This document shows positions 41,521 through 52,789 of a stretch of 64,000 nt of DNA, piece after piece. The stretch is from an uncultured Acidobacteriota bacterium (GTDB lineage: Bacteria; Acidobacteriota; UBA6911), in contig CAWHCF010000036.1 of the NCBI GenBank assembly GCA_963827655.1, positions 32,001 through 96,000 on the forward strand. The letters run 5' to 3'. Position 1 is the stretch's first letter, and each line of letters opens with the position of its first letter. The position numbers and the translations under genes are program-made. The notes under the pieces are model-generated. The model had not been told where the DNA came from. It saw only the letters and a list, made by a program, of their open reading frames with translations, and searched no databases.

Positions 41521-42957
41521 GTGTTCCTTCATTCGGCCGTCACTCGCGACGAGGGGGTCCCCCGGTCGCCCGTCCTAGAGTCCGGCGTCGTGCCGCCCGT
41601 TGATCCCGCGCCCGGAAGCGCGCTCGAGAGCGCGCGCCGCAAGGCTTATCTGCGCATCATCCCGCTGGTCTTCGTCTCGTACGTAATCGCATACATCGAT
41701 CGCACCAACGTCGCGCTGGCCCAGCTCACGATGGGAAAGGATCTGGGATTCGACAACGACGTCTTCAGCACGGGATTCGGGATCTTTTTCATTGGTTATA
41801 TCCTGCTGGAGTGGCCGGGTGCGCTCATTGCCGAGCGGTGGAGCGCGCGCAAGTGGGTCAGCCGGATCATGATCACGTGGGGAATCATCGCCGCGCTCAC
41901 CGCAGCCGTGGAGACGCACAGGCAATTCTACGCTGCCCGCTTCGCCCTCGGGCTGGCGGAGGCCGGGTTCTTTCCCGCGATCGTGGTCTACCTCCGGCAT
42001 TGGTTCCCGAAGCGCGATCGGGCGCGCGCGCTCGCCTACTTTATCATGGGGGCGCCGCTGGCTCAGATCGTCAGCGGCCCTCTGTCGACGCCGCTGCTCA
42101 AGATCGGCGCCGAGGAGACGATCGGCGGCGTGCTCGTGCGGCGCCCCGAGCTTTATGGTCTGGAGGGCTGGCAGTGGATGTATATCGTGTGGGGGCTACC
42201 CGCGGTCGTAATGGGGGTGGTGGTTCTCTTCGCGATGACGGACCGGCCGGCGCAGGCCCGCTGGCTGACCGCCGAGGAGCGCGAGGCGCTGGAGGCCCAG
42301 CTGGCCCGCGACCGCGCCGAGGTGGAATCCGCCAGGCACATCGGGGCGCTGAAGGCGATCCTGCACCCCGCTGCGCTCCTGCTCGCGGCTGCGAACTTCG
42401 CGGTTGTGATCGGGCATTACGGCATGGACTCCTTCCTGCCTAGCATCCTCACGCGCTGGTACGGACTAAGCCTGGACCAGGTTGGGTGGGTGATCGTGCC
42501 GCCGTTCGTCGCCATTCTGCTGGCGCAGCTGGGTGTGAGCTGGTCATCCGACCGCACCAGCGAGCGCTGGTGGCACACGGCGGTGCCCCTGCTGGTAGGA
42601 GCCACGGCGCTGGCGGCGACACCCCTCACCCGGGGAAGCCTTCCCCTCACGGTGCTGGCTTTTTGCGTGGCCGGCGCCGGTATCAGGAGCTATCTCCCAC
42701 CGTTCTACGCGCTTCTGGGGCGGCTTCTCGAGGGAACCGCGGCCGCCAGCGCGATCGGGCTCATCCAGACCGTCGGGAACCTCGGCGGGTACTTCGGGCC
42801 AAGGATCGTCGGCAAGCTCGACGTTATTACCGGCTCGTTCGAAGGCGGGATCTACGCGCTCGCGGCCTCGAGCTTTCTGGCCTTCTTGTTCATCATGATC
42901 CTGCGGCAGATTCACCCGGAGGCCGGGCGAGTCGAACACCCGGCTGCCCGGCAATAA
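41521..42957 (+). CDS. MFS transporter, anion:cation symporter (TtuB/NicT-like)
   Basis: AYIDRTNV, GIFFIGY, RIMITWG, GLAEAGFFP and GWQWMY motifs. Confidence 0.9.
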   Translation: MFLHSAVTRDEGVPRSPVLESGVVPPVDPAPGSALESARRKAYLRIIPLVFVSYVIAYIDRTNVALAQLTMGKDLGFDNDVFSTGFGIFFIGYILLEWPGALIAERWSARKWVSRIMITWGIIAALTAAVETHRQFYAARFALGLAEAGFFPAIVVYLRHWFPKRDRARALAYFIMGAPLAQIVSGPLSTPLLKIGAEETIGGVLVRRPELYGLEGWQWMYIVWGLPAVVMGVVVLFAMTDRPAQARWLTAEEREALEAQLARDRAEVESARHIGALKAILHPAALLLAAANFAVVIGHYGMDSFLPSILTRWYGLSLDQVGWVIVPPFVAILLAQLGVSWSSDRTSERWWHTAVPLLVGATALAATPLTRGSLPLTVLAFCVAGAGIRSYLPPFYALLGRLLEGTAAASAIGLIQTVGNLGGYFGPRIVGKLDVITGSFEGGIYALAASSFLAFLFIMILRQIHPEAGRVEHPAARQ

Positions 42958-43024
42958 CGAGTCGATGCGCGTTGCGCGTTCAAGTATGATTGAGCCCTGA
43001 TCAGGCAATCCCGTACCACCAACC

Positions 43025-43675
43025 ATGTGTTCGACGAGACCACAGATCTTTCTCTTGTCACCCGCCAACTGCGCGGGTAATCGCGCGCGCATAGTCATGT
43101 CCGAGCGCGCGACATTTGACCTGGCGCTGCGTTTGCGCAGCCAGGGCGCTCCCGTTGGGGAGGTGTTCGCGTTTATGAGCGGGCTGTACTTTCGCGGCAA
43201 GCTGGCCTATGCGCGGGCGTTTGCCCGGCCACCCGATCCGGCCTCGCCCATTAGCGGCGCGGGCGCGTTCGTGATCACGCCGGCGGCGGGGCTGCGCTCC
43301 GTGGACACGGTCGTGGGGCTCGACACGCTGCGCGCATTCGCTCAGGTGGATGTAGCGCTCGACAACCCAACGTATCGGACGCCGCTCCAGGCGAGCGCCC
43401 GCGTAATCGCATCCGATATCGGTTCGGACTGCGACGTCGTGCTGCTCGGCAGCATCGCGTCGTCCAAATACGTCGAGCTGCTGCAGGCGATCTTCGATGA
43501 TCGCCTGCTGATTCCGGCCGAGTTCGTCGGCCGCGGCGACATGAGCCGCGGAGGGCTGTTGCTGCGCTGCGTGGCTGCGGGCGAAGAGTTGCGCTACATT
43601 CCGGTTGCCGGCGCGGCGCGGCGTGGTCAACGACCGCCCAAGCTGGATCCGGCCACACGGGTTCGACTGCCGTGA
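43025..43675 (+). CDS. Conserved hypothetical cytoplasmic protein
   Basis: 216-aa ORF with IFLLSPANCAG, SGLYFRGKLAY, VVLLGSIASSKY and FVGRGDMSRGGLLLR motif-like blocks. Confidence 0.7.
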   Translation: MCSTRPQIFLLSPANCAGNRARIVMSERATFDLALRLRSQGAPVGEVFAFMSGLYFRGKLAYARAFARPPDPASPISGAGAFVITPAAGLRSVDTVVGLDTLRAFAQVDVALDNPTYRTPLQASARVIASDIGSDCDVVLLGSIASSKYVELLQAIFDDRLLIPAEFVGRGDMSRGGLLLRCVAAGEELRYIPVAGAARRGQRPPKLDPATRVRLP

Positions 43676-43726
43676 CGTTCTTCGAGTCTTCGCGTCTTAG
43701 AGGTTGGTTTTTGGTTTCTTGCCGGC

Positions 43727-46700
43727 TCACCATTGCAGGCGCAATCCGAAACGGACCTGCCGCTGATCTTCGGTGGCGCTCAAGACCTGCATGAAATTAC
43801 CGGCGTTGACACTGTTGCCCGGGTTCGCGAAGTGCGGCGTGTTGGTAGCATTATGTGCTTCGCAACGGAACTCGAGCGCGAGTTGTTCAGTAATCGGGAA
43901 CTTGCGGAAAGACCCCGACATCGAGGTTCACGACCCCCGGGCCGCGCAGCAGGTTCCTGCCCGAAGTGCCAAAACGTGCCTCATTGACCGGCGCGAAAGC
44001 AGTGCGATCGTAGTAGAACTGACCGGGGCCCACGCCGCCGAGTTTCTCGACCGTAGGCTTGACCTGGTCGGCAGTCTGGGCGCTGCCAGGGGCGTTCAGC
44101 CCCGCACCCGAAGCCGTAACCGTGAAGGGCCGGCCCTGATAGGCGGCAAAAACGCCGTTGAACTGCCAGCCGCCCAGAACCCAACTAGACGCCCCTGAGT
44201 TGGCATGCTTCTTGCCCTTGCCGAACGGCAGTTCGTAGACAAAACCAAGCTGGAGCATGTGCGGGATATCGTAGCCTGCCTGGGCGCGGTTGCGTTTGAA
44301 GGCAGACTCGTGGTTGAACATCACGCCGGTCCAGCCGTCTTCGTCGGTCCAGTTGATAGCCTTGGAGTAGGTATACGATCCCTTGAGCAGCAGCCCATCG
44401 CCAGCGCGGCGATTCAACGCAGCTTGAAGCGCATGATAGTTCGCGCTCAGGTATCCATTCCAGGCCCACGTTTCTACCGTGCGGCCATGGCGGGCAAACA
44501 GCGGGCGGCCGGCGGTACCGGTTCCGGGGGCGGCGGCGTTGATGTCCAGGTCGGCGAAGCTGCGCGTGGTCTGGGTTCCGACATAGGCCATCGATACAAT
44601 CGTCTGGCCCGGGAACTGCGCGCTCGATCGTGAGGTTCCAGGACTGCACGTAGCCGCGGTTCAGCTCATCGCTGGGGATGTAGCGCATGAGCGCAGTCGG
44701 CGGCAGCGGGACGCGTCCCGGGCTGAGGTCGAGCGGCACGATTGCGGGGACCCCTTCCTCGATGGGGCGAAACGGGGTGTAGGGGTTGGGCGAGGGGAAG
44801 CGGTTGGAATACGAAAGCGGGAAAAAGCCGCGCAGAGGGCGGGCGAGCGGCATCGGATTGTAGGTAAGGCCGTAGCCGGAGCGGATGACCGTGTTGTTGC
44901 CCATTCTGTAGGCAAAGCCCACTCGTGGGGCGAACAGATTCTTGCTGGTGGAAATGCCGAGGCCGCGAGGGAATGCCGGCGAGCCCGCCGAGCGAAACCA
45001 GGTTCGTCTCCGGATCGTAACCTTCGATTCCGCCACGTCCCGCGCGGGTTTGCAGCGGGAAGAGCTCGTAACGGAGACCGAGCGACAGGGTGAGGTTCTG
45101 CGTGACCTTCCAGCGGTCGTGGATATACCAGGCAAACTGGTAGTTGTAGGCGGTCATGTTCTCGGTCTGGATGGTCTCGCGCATTTCCTCCGGCAGGCCG
45201 AGCAGGAACGCGGCGTAGGAGTTGTACTGCGTCAGCGCCGGACCGGCGCGGAGCCCGGTGATCGACTGGGAGAAGATGAACATCCCTTGCGGGCCGCCGC
45301 CGCCGCCGCCATCCGGCGAGTAGTGGTTGAGGTGATGCCGGACGCCTTCGAACCCGAAGCGCAGCTGGTGGCGCGATCGGTTCCAGGAGAAGTTCTGCTG
45401 CAGGGTAAATGAAGTATCGTGCATGAAGAAGGGCCGCGTGTCGGTGTCGCTGCCCAGTCGCGTGTAACCGGGGATTTCAAAAACCGGGACACCGCTCTCG
45501 CGTACGTCAGTGCCGTTGCCGTTGGTGCCAGGAATCCCCAGGACCTCGCGCCCGACGAACTCGCCGTAGCGGAACCCGGTAACCTCCTGGCCCTGACGAG
45601 TCCAACCAATCGCGCCGTCCCAAAGGAAAGTGGGGGAGAAGGTCATGGTGTGGCCGATGGTGGCAACCTGCGTGCGGAGCTCGCCGTTGCCGATATTGCC
45701 CTGGCATAGAGGCGCGCCGCCAGCCGGGCCGAGCGCCGGGTCGCAGCCGACGTTGGCGTTCATGATGGAGTATTTGCCCCAGACCGTGTGGGTGTCGCGG
45801 CGATTCCAGTTGATCTTCAGGTCGAGGTTGTCGCGGTCGAGCCGCTGGCTGCCGGATGCCGAGTAGTTGCCAACGGTGCCGGGACGGTTGGGCAGCGGCA
45901 CGAGATCCTGGACCTTGCGTGTGATGGAACTCTGGCGGTTGAGTGGAATGATATTGCCCGGGAAGGGCGTGCGGCCGGAGCCGTCGGCAGTGCCGGTCAG
46001 CGGATCGTAAATTGTCGCGTTGTAACGGCTGAAGTCACCGCGGCGCTGGTCTTCGGTTGGGACCGTCAGATAGCTGGGTGAACCCCAGGCGCTCGCGGTT
46101 GCCTTCCCATCCACCGAAATAGAAGAGCTTGTTCCGAACGATGGGACCGCCGATGGTGAACCCGTCGATATTCTGATTGTGGGTGGGCTTGGCGCCGTTA
46201 TTAAAGAAGTTGCGCGCGCGAAAAACGGCGTTGTCGTTGAAGGCGAACACCGAGCCGTGCAGGTCGTTGGTGCCGGACTTGGTGATCACCGTGATGGCGG
46301 CCCCGCCGGCGAGGCCCTGCTCGGCGTCGAAGTCATTGGTCGAGATATTGACGGTCTCGATGGTTTCGGCGGGAGGAACATAAGCCGTATGGTGCGGGAG
46401 CCAGAGAAAGACGCTGAGCGCCCCGTCGATCCGGGTGGCGTTGTTGTTCCGGTTGACGCCGTTAACGTTCGTGGACAGCGCGCGCGCCGGAGCGGCCTGA
46501 ATCGAGTTTTGATAGACTACCCGGCGTGGCTCCGGGGACCAGATTGATGAGACTCTGGTAGTTACGGTAGCGCGGCAGCGGAAGGTTACGTCACTTCCCT
46601 GGAATCAAGTTCCGTATGCAGATCCGTCTTCTCCGTCTGGAGGGATACCGCGGCGGCCTGAACGGTGACGGAATCAGTTACCTGCCCGAGTTCGAGGGTT

Positions 46701-47018
46701 ACGTCCTCGCGCCGCACCGTGTTGGCTGTGACCGCGATATTGACCCGCGTGAAGGGGCGAAAACCGGTGGCGGAGATCTTGAGCTCGTAGACGCCCGGTA
46801 TGAGGCCGGGGAAGATATAGTGGCCTGAATCACTGGTCGAGGCATTGAGGGACTGGCCGGTGCCGGCGTTGGTGACGGTGACGGCCGCGCCGGGAACGAC
46901 GGCGCCGGTTGAATCCTGCCACCGTGCCGCTGAGCGAACCGTAAAGGACCTGAGCAGACAAGCGAGGTCCTGCTAGAACCAGGAGAAGCAACACAGAAAT
47001 CGCGCTTCGTGTAATCAT
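43727..47018 (-). CDS. TonB-dependent receptor, Oar-like, broken by multiple frameshifts
   Basis: Fragments: AQVLYGSLSGTV, ITKSGTNDLHGS, GGPIVRNKLF, GLRYE, FAPRVGFAY, NATNTPHF and RQVRFGLRLQW. Confidence 0.85.
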
Positions 47019-47151
47019 CGGAACCTCCCGTCAGTCAAGCAGGCGGAGCATTTGTGGGACTTACTCGCCGGGACAAACCATCAGAATCCTTTTAGGCGAG
47101 TTCGTGCCCCAATGTAGCCGTGCCTCTCTCACGAATGTCAAGCACTTGGGA

Positions 47152-47231
47152 TACTTCGCGTTTCTTCGTGTCTTGGAGTCTTCGTGGTTAGTGCAACCTC
47201 CAAGACACGAAGTCTCGAAGAAACGCTAAGA
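47152..47231. repeat. Inverted pair of the 9-mer-period repeat forming a long imperfect hairpin
   Basis: CTTCGCGTTTCTTCGTGTCTTGGAGTCTTCGTGGTT / AACCTCCAAGACACGAAGTCTCGAAGAAACGCTAAG. Confidence 0.8.
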
Positions 47232-47307
47232 ACCCGTCTGTCTGGTGTATGATTTCAAGCGCTCAGGCAAACCTCGCCTCGATCGAAGTATCTGAAAGAG
47301 AGGGTCC

Positions 47308-49758
47308 ATGGAAACATTGCTCCAAGACATCAGGTTCGGGCTCAGAAGACTGGCGAAGAGCCCGGGGTTTGCTGCGATCGCATTGGTTTCACTGGCGCTC
47401 GGGGTTGGCGCCAACACCGCGATATTCAGCCTGGTCAACGCCGTTTTGCTAAAGCCGTTGCCGGTCGTCAACCCTGAGCAGCTCGTGGCGGTGGGGGTCC
47501 GCGGCAAGGGCGATTCCATGCGCGCATTCTCCTACCCGAATTACGTCGACTTCCGCGATCGCAACCAGGTCCTGTCGGGTCTGTTTGTCGAACGTATCGC
47601 GCCCATGAGCCTGAGCCGCGTCGGCAACAATCAACGAGTCTGGGGCTACCTGGTGTCGGGCAATTACTTCGACGTTCTGGGGGTTCGAGCGATCAAGGGC
47701 CGGACCTTCGCACCCGAAGAAGACCAAACCCGGCTGTCGCACCCGGTGGCAGTAATCAGCCACGGTTGCTGGCTGCGGCGCTTCGGCGGCGCTTCGGACC
47801 TGGTCGGCACGGAAGTGCTCCTCAATGGTCACCCGTTCAAGATCATCGGCATCGCGCCCGAAGGTTTTACCGGTACCGAAATCATCTACACGCCGGAGAT
47901 CTGGATTCCCATGAACATGCTGGGATGGATCGAGCCCGGCGCTGACTGGCTCGACAAGCGCGACACTCAGAACATTTTTGCTGTCGGCCGGCTCAAGCCT
48001 GGGGTCAGCATCCGGCAAGCCCAGGCATCGCTGAGTCTCCTCAACGACCAGCTCGCCCGCGAATATCCGGACGACAACGAAGGTCAGACGATCAAGCTAT
48101 TTCCTCCCGGCTTGATAATCCCGGATCTGCACGGCGCGGTCGTCAGCTTCAGCTGGGTCTTGCTGGGAGCCGTCGGGCTGGTGCTCCTGGTCGCTTGTAC
48201 CAACCTCGCCAGCCTCTTGCTGGCACGTGGGACGGAAAGACGCCGCGAGATCGCGATCCGTCTTTCTTTGGGCGCAAATCGTTTTCGCCTGATCCGCCAG
48301 CTGGTGACCGAGAGCATGCTCCTTTCGCTGGCAGGCGGCGCTATGGGCGTCGTGCTCGCTAACTGGATGACGGGGGCGTTTGTCTCCTTAAAACCACCCC
48401 TCGACTTCCCGCTGACGATCGGGCTTGTTCTCGACTGGCGGGTGATGGTGTTTGCGTTGGCGGCCTCGCTTGTGACCGGCATTCTTTTCGGCTTGATGCC
48501 CGCGCTGCAGGCGACCAATCCCGATCTGGTCGGGGCGCTCAAGGACACGACGTCGCAGGCGGGTTTACGCCGGTCGTATTTGCGCAGCGGATTGGTTGTA
48601 GCCCAGTTTGCCTTGTCGCTGGTTTTCTTGATCGGAGCTGGCCTGGTCGTCAGGGCCTTGCAGCAGGTTCAAACGATGAATCCCGGTTTCGATCCGGAGA
48701 ATCGGCTGATGATGTCGGTGGACCCGGGGCTGCAGGGATACGACCAGCCACAAGGGCATCGGTTCTATCGCGACGTCGTCGAAAGAGTTGAATCACTTCC
48801 CGGCGTCCGATCTGCGGTGGTGACCACGTTCGTGCCTCTCAGTCTCAGCTTCTCGAGCAATGGTGTGTTCGCGGAAGGACAACCGGCCGAGCGCGGCGCC
48901 AATATTCCGACTGCGATGGTTGCAAACGTCGGAGATGGTTACTTCGGCACCATGGGGGTTGACTTGCTGGCCGGCCGCGAATTCACCGCCCAGGATGGAG
49001 AGAAATCAACCGCAGTGGCCGTCGTAAACCAGACCTTGGTTCGGACCCTGTTTCCCGAGGTGCGTACTGCCGCAGATGCGCTGGGCAAGCGGGTCAGCTT
49101 TGACGGCCCTCAAGGCCCGTTCATGCAGATCGTGGGCGTCGCCCGGGACGGCAAGTATTTCAACATCGGCGAAGAACCGCGCTCATTCATCTATACCCCG
49201 CTGCTGCAACGCTACAACAGTAGCGCAAGCCTCGTGGTTAGAACGGCAGGCGATCCGGAGCCGATGATCGCTGCGGTTCGCGGCGAAGTGCAGTCGCTTG
49301 ATTCGAAGATGCCGGTTTTTGACGTCAAGACCATGAACGAGCACATGCGGTTATCGCTCTTTCCGGCTCGAATCGCCGCGACCATACTGGGCGGATTCGG
49401 GGTGCTCGCCCTGATTCTTACGGCTATTGGAATCTACGGGGTTACCTCCTACACGGTGGCTCAGCGGACTCGCGAGATCGGAATACGCATGGCGTTAGGC
49501 GCTGACCGCGCCGGCGTGGCGCGTATGGTGGTCGGTCAAGGAATGAAGCTGGCTGCGGTCGGCCTGGCGATCGGAGTGGTCTTCGCCCTGATGTTGACCC
49601 GGCTCATGAGCGGTCTGCTGTTCGGTGTGAGCCCGAGCGACCCGATCACTTATGCCATTATTCCAGCCCTTCTGGGTGGGGTAGCGCTGGGAGCCTGCCT
49701 GGTGCCCGCGCGCCGGGCGACAAGCGTCGATCCGATAGTCGCCTTGAGGCGCGATTAA
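47308..49758 (+). CDS. Orphan duplicated ABC permease (ADOP type)
   Basis: LGVGANTAIFS, LLVACTNLA, REIAIRLSLGA, REIGIRMALGA and VDPIVALR. Confidence 0.93.
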   Translation: METLLQDIRFGLRRLAKSPGFAAIALVSLALGVGANTAIFSLVNAVLLKPLPVVNPEQLVAVGVRGKGDSMRAFSYPNYVDFRDRNQVLSGLFVERIAPMSLSRVGNNQRVWGYLVSGNYFDVLGVRAIKGRTFAPEEDQTRLSHPVAVISHGCWLRRFGGASDLVGTEVLLNGHPFKIIGIAPEGFTGTEIIYTPEIWIPMNMLGWIEPGADWLDKRDTQNIFAVGRLKPGVSIRQAQASLSLLNDQLAREYPDDNEGQTIKLFPPGLIIPDLHGAVVSFSWVLLGAVGLVLLVACTNLASLLLARGTERRREIAIRLSLGANRFRLIRQLVTESMLLSLAGGAMGVVLANWMTGAFVSLKPPLDFPLTIGLVLDWRVMVFALAASLVTGILFGLMPALQATNPDLVGALKDTTSQAGLRRSYLRSGLVVAQFALSLVFLIGAGLVVRALQQVQTMNPGFDPENRLMMSVDPGLQGYDQPQGHRFYRDVVERVESLPGVRSAVVTTFVPLSLSFSSNGVFAEGQPAERGANIPTAMVANVGDGYFGTMGVDLLAGREFTAQDGEKSTAVAVVNQTLVRTLFPEVRTAADALGKRVSFDGPQGPFMQIVGVARDGKYFNIGEEPRSFIYTPLLQRYNSSASLVVRTAGDPEPMIAAVRGEVQSLDSKMPVFDVKTMNEHMRLSLFPARIAATILGGFGVLALILTAIGIYGVTSYTVAQRTREIGIRMALGADRAGVARMVVGQGMKLAAVGLAIGVVFALMLTRLMSGLLFGVSPSDPITYAIIPALLGGVALGACLVPARRATSVDPIVALRRD

Positions 49759-49761
49759 ACT

Positions 49762-49868
49762 AAAGTAGAAAGTGCTGAGTAAAAAGTGCTGAGTAAAAAG
49801 TGGAATGTGCTGATCGTGATGAGCTCTACCCGCACTCTCCACTTTCTACTCAGCACTTTCCACTTTTA
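49762..49868. repeat. Inverted heptamer-type repeat related to 297-372
   Basis: AGTAGAAAGTGCTGAGTAAAAAGTGCTGAGTAAAAAGTGG ... CCACTTTCTACTCAGCACTTTCCACTTT. Confidence 0.8.
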
Positions 49869-49882
49869 ACTGGTCAAGGTTC

Positions 49883-52422
49883 ATGAAGTCACAGAGTCTC
49901 CGGGCCACGGCGCTGACCGTGTTGCTGGTTTGCGCGGGCTACTACGCCGGCGGGGTCGTCGGCATCGCGCTCACGTTTCCCTTTTCCGGCATCGCGATCA
50001 TCTGGCCGCCCAACTCGATTTTGCTGGCAGCGCTGCTGCTCACGCCGGCCCGGAAATGGTGGTTGTACCTGCTCGCCGTCATTCCGACCCACATCCATCT
50101 GGTCGCGAATTTCCAGGCCAGTGTGCCCGTGGTGACGATGTTCTGTCAGGTACTGGCGAATATAGTTCAGGTAGTCTTTGCCGCGGTCGCCCTGCGCCGT
50201 TTCGCCGGACGCTCCGCCCCGGTTCGATAATCTCCGGAGCATGACCGCGTTCATCTTCATCGGGGCCATTGTTGCTCCCGGTGTCGCAGCAGCCCTGGCA
50301 TCCTTCCTTTTTGTCCTGAGCGGCTGGGTCACTGATTTCTGGACGACATGGCAGCTGCGGTTCCTCGCGAACGTTTTCGCAACCTTCACGATAACACCAC
50401 TGATCCTGCAGACGGTCACCCGGGTGGCAGCGATGCGCGAGGCGTCATTGAGCCGATGGGCGGAATTCGGTCTGCTGATCATCGGTCTTTTCGCAGTCGG
50501 TATTACAGCCTTTGGTCGTGAGGTCTCCAGGTCCAGGGACTCTATCGATTCTGCTCTACACTCCGCTGCCGCTGCTCCTGTGGGCAGCCGTCCGTTTCGG
50601 GCCGGGCGGGTTGTGTCTGTCGCTGCTGGTGGTCGCGTTTCTGTCCCTGTCGAACGCCAGAGACGGACGAGGGCCCTTCACAACTCAGTCGCCGGGTGAG
50701 AGCGTGATCTCGCTGCAAGTTTTTCTGATCGCGATTTCGCTCCCGCTAATGTTTCTGGCGACACTGATCGAGGAGCGGCGACAAGCAGGGGATGCGCTGC
50801 GCAAGAGTGAACAGCGCTTCAGGACGTTCATGGACAACAGCGCCGCGATTACGTTCATAAAGGATGGGGAGGGTCGGCACCTCTACGTGAACAGGCTGTT
50901 CGAAAGGCTGTTCAAACTTTCGACCGATTGGGGCAACAAACTCGATTCGGAATTGTGGCCCGCCGACGTTGTCGCGCAGTTGCGGGCGAATGACCTGAAG
51001 GTGTTGTCGACGGGCCAGAACCTGGGGGCCGAGGAGGTGGTGCCGGCCATTGACGGGAGTTTGCACTACTGGCTGGTTGACAAGTTCCCCATTGAATTGG
51101 ACGGGCAAAGGTACATTGGGGGCGTGGCGGTGGACATCACCGAGCGCAAGCAGGCGGAAGAGCGGGTCAGCCTGCTTCAGACAATCACGATGCAGGTGGC
51201 GGCGGCGAAGGATCTTTCTTCTGCACTGGAAGTCGTGGTCCGGCACGTTTGCCAAAAAACTCGGTGGGCGTTCGGACAGGCATGGGTCCCGCGGCCGGAT
51301 GGAACCGTCCTCGACTGCGGTCCGGCATGGTTTTCGGGCGGCGCCGGGTTGGAAGAATTCAGGGCCGTTTCCCAGGGGTTTACCTTGCCGCCGGGGCTCG
51401 GTCTTCCCGGACGCGCCTGGTCTTCGAAGCGGCCGGTCTGGATTCGCGATGTCACGCGGGACCCGAACTTTCCACGGGCGAACGCAGCCCGAGAAGCCGG
51501 GCTGAATGCGGCGCTGGCAGTCCCTATCCTGTCGGGCGACGAGGTCATCGCGGTGATCGAGTTTTTCCTGCGCGGACCGCGCGGCGAGGATGAGCTGCTG
51601 GTCAAAGTAATCACGGCGGTCGCCGAGCAATTGGACCTGGTCATCGAACGCAAGCGGGCGGAGGAGGCGCTCAACCAGCTCAACAGTCAGCTGGAGCAGC
51701 GCATTCGTGAACGCACGGCGCAGCTGGAGGCGAAGACACGCGAATTGGAGACCTTCTCTTATTCCGTCGCTCACGACCTGAAGGCGCCCTTGCGCGGCAT
51801 TGACGGCTACAGCCGCCTGCTGCTGGAGGACTATGCCGCCAAGCTGGACGAGGAAGGGCTGGCCTTCATCAGCACCATTCGCAGTTCGGCCGAGCGAATG
51901 AATCAGCTGATCAGTGACCTGCTCGCCTACTCGCGGCTGGAACGTCAGGCGATCACCCCGCGTAGCATCGAGTTGACCCCTCTCCTCGAGGTCCTTGTGG
52001 AAGAAAAAGAAGCTGAGATGGAAAACCACAAGGTCCACCTCACGATGAACGTCAACAACATGACCGTGGTTGCCGACGCTGAGGGCTTGACGCAGGCCCT
52101 ACGCAACTACCTGGATAACGCCATCAAGTTCAGCCGAGGGGTTGCGGAGCCACGCATCGAGATCGGGGCCGAAGAGATAGAACGGAGTTGCCGTGTGTGG
52201 GTGCGCGACAACGGCATCGGGTTCGACATGACCTACCATGATCGCATTTTTGAAATCTTCCAGCGTCTGCACCGGGACGAAGACTATCCCGGCACCGGCA
52301 TCGGGCTGGCCCTGGTGCGCAAGGCAATGGAGCGCATGGGCGGCCGGGCCTGGGCCGAAAGCGCCGTAGGGAAAGGCGCGACCTTCTACCTGGAGATTCG
52401 TGGTGTCGAGAAAACGCAGTAG
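49883..52422 (+). CDS. MASE1-PAS-GAF sensor histidine kinase, frameshifts near 50210 and 50525
   Basis: IWPPNSI (MASE1), SEQRFRTFMDN...DITERK (PAS), GLPGRAW (GAF), SYSVAHDLKAPLR, NAIKF and GTGIGLA. Confidence 0.85.
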
Positions 52423-52574
52423 GCAGTAGGCAGTTGGACCAGTGCCGTTTTTCCGCCTACTGCCTACAGATGCTTCGCATTTCTTGGTGACCTGGAGTCT
52501 TCGTGGTTAGCGCTAAGACACGAAGAATTGCCAAGAACCTTGTCAATCGTCAATCGTAATCGTAAATCGTCAAT
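52417..52574. repeat. Composite of heptamer repeats (AGTAGGC/GCCTACT and AATCGTC) and a 9-mer family copy
   Basis: GCAGTAGGCAGTAGGCAGT...GCCTACTGCCTAC; CAATCGTCAATCGTAATCGTAAATCGTCAATC. Confidence 0.75.
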
Positions 52575-52579
52575 CCATT

Positions 52580-52609
52580 TTGACTTCCTCACCGATAGAT
52601 TGATACCAT
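52580..52609 (+). promoter_or_regulatory. Candidate sigma70 promoter upstream of the E2 gene
   Basis: TTGACT-N18-TACCAT with an extended TG. Confidence 0.4.
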
Positions 52610-52789
52610 GCCGCTCGCCCAAACGTAGACGACATTGCGGAACATGGCCGGTGAGAATCAGTCGCGCCGTTTCCGCATGCTGCTTCGACTGAACCCGACG
52701 GAATGGGTCTGGCGAATTCTCGGACCTGCCTAGCGGACCCTTAGCCAGTTCTCCGAAATAGGAGGAAGTTGATGGAGAGCCACCGGTAA

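Noticed and set aside
43727-47018. Programmed frameshifting or phase variation of the TonB receptor
   Set aside because: There are no slippery heptamers or long homopolymers at the breaks, and similar indels occur across the window.
40756-47141. TTGACA promoters upstream of 40692 and 47018 on the minus strand
   Set aside because: Both have 19-bp spacers to the best -10 candidate, too weak to call without TSS data.
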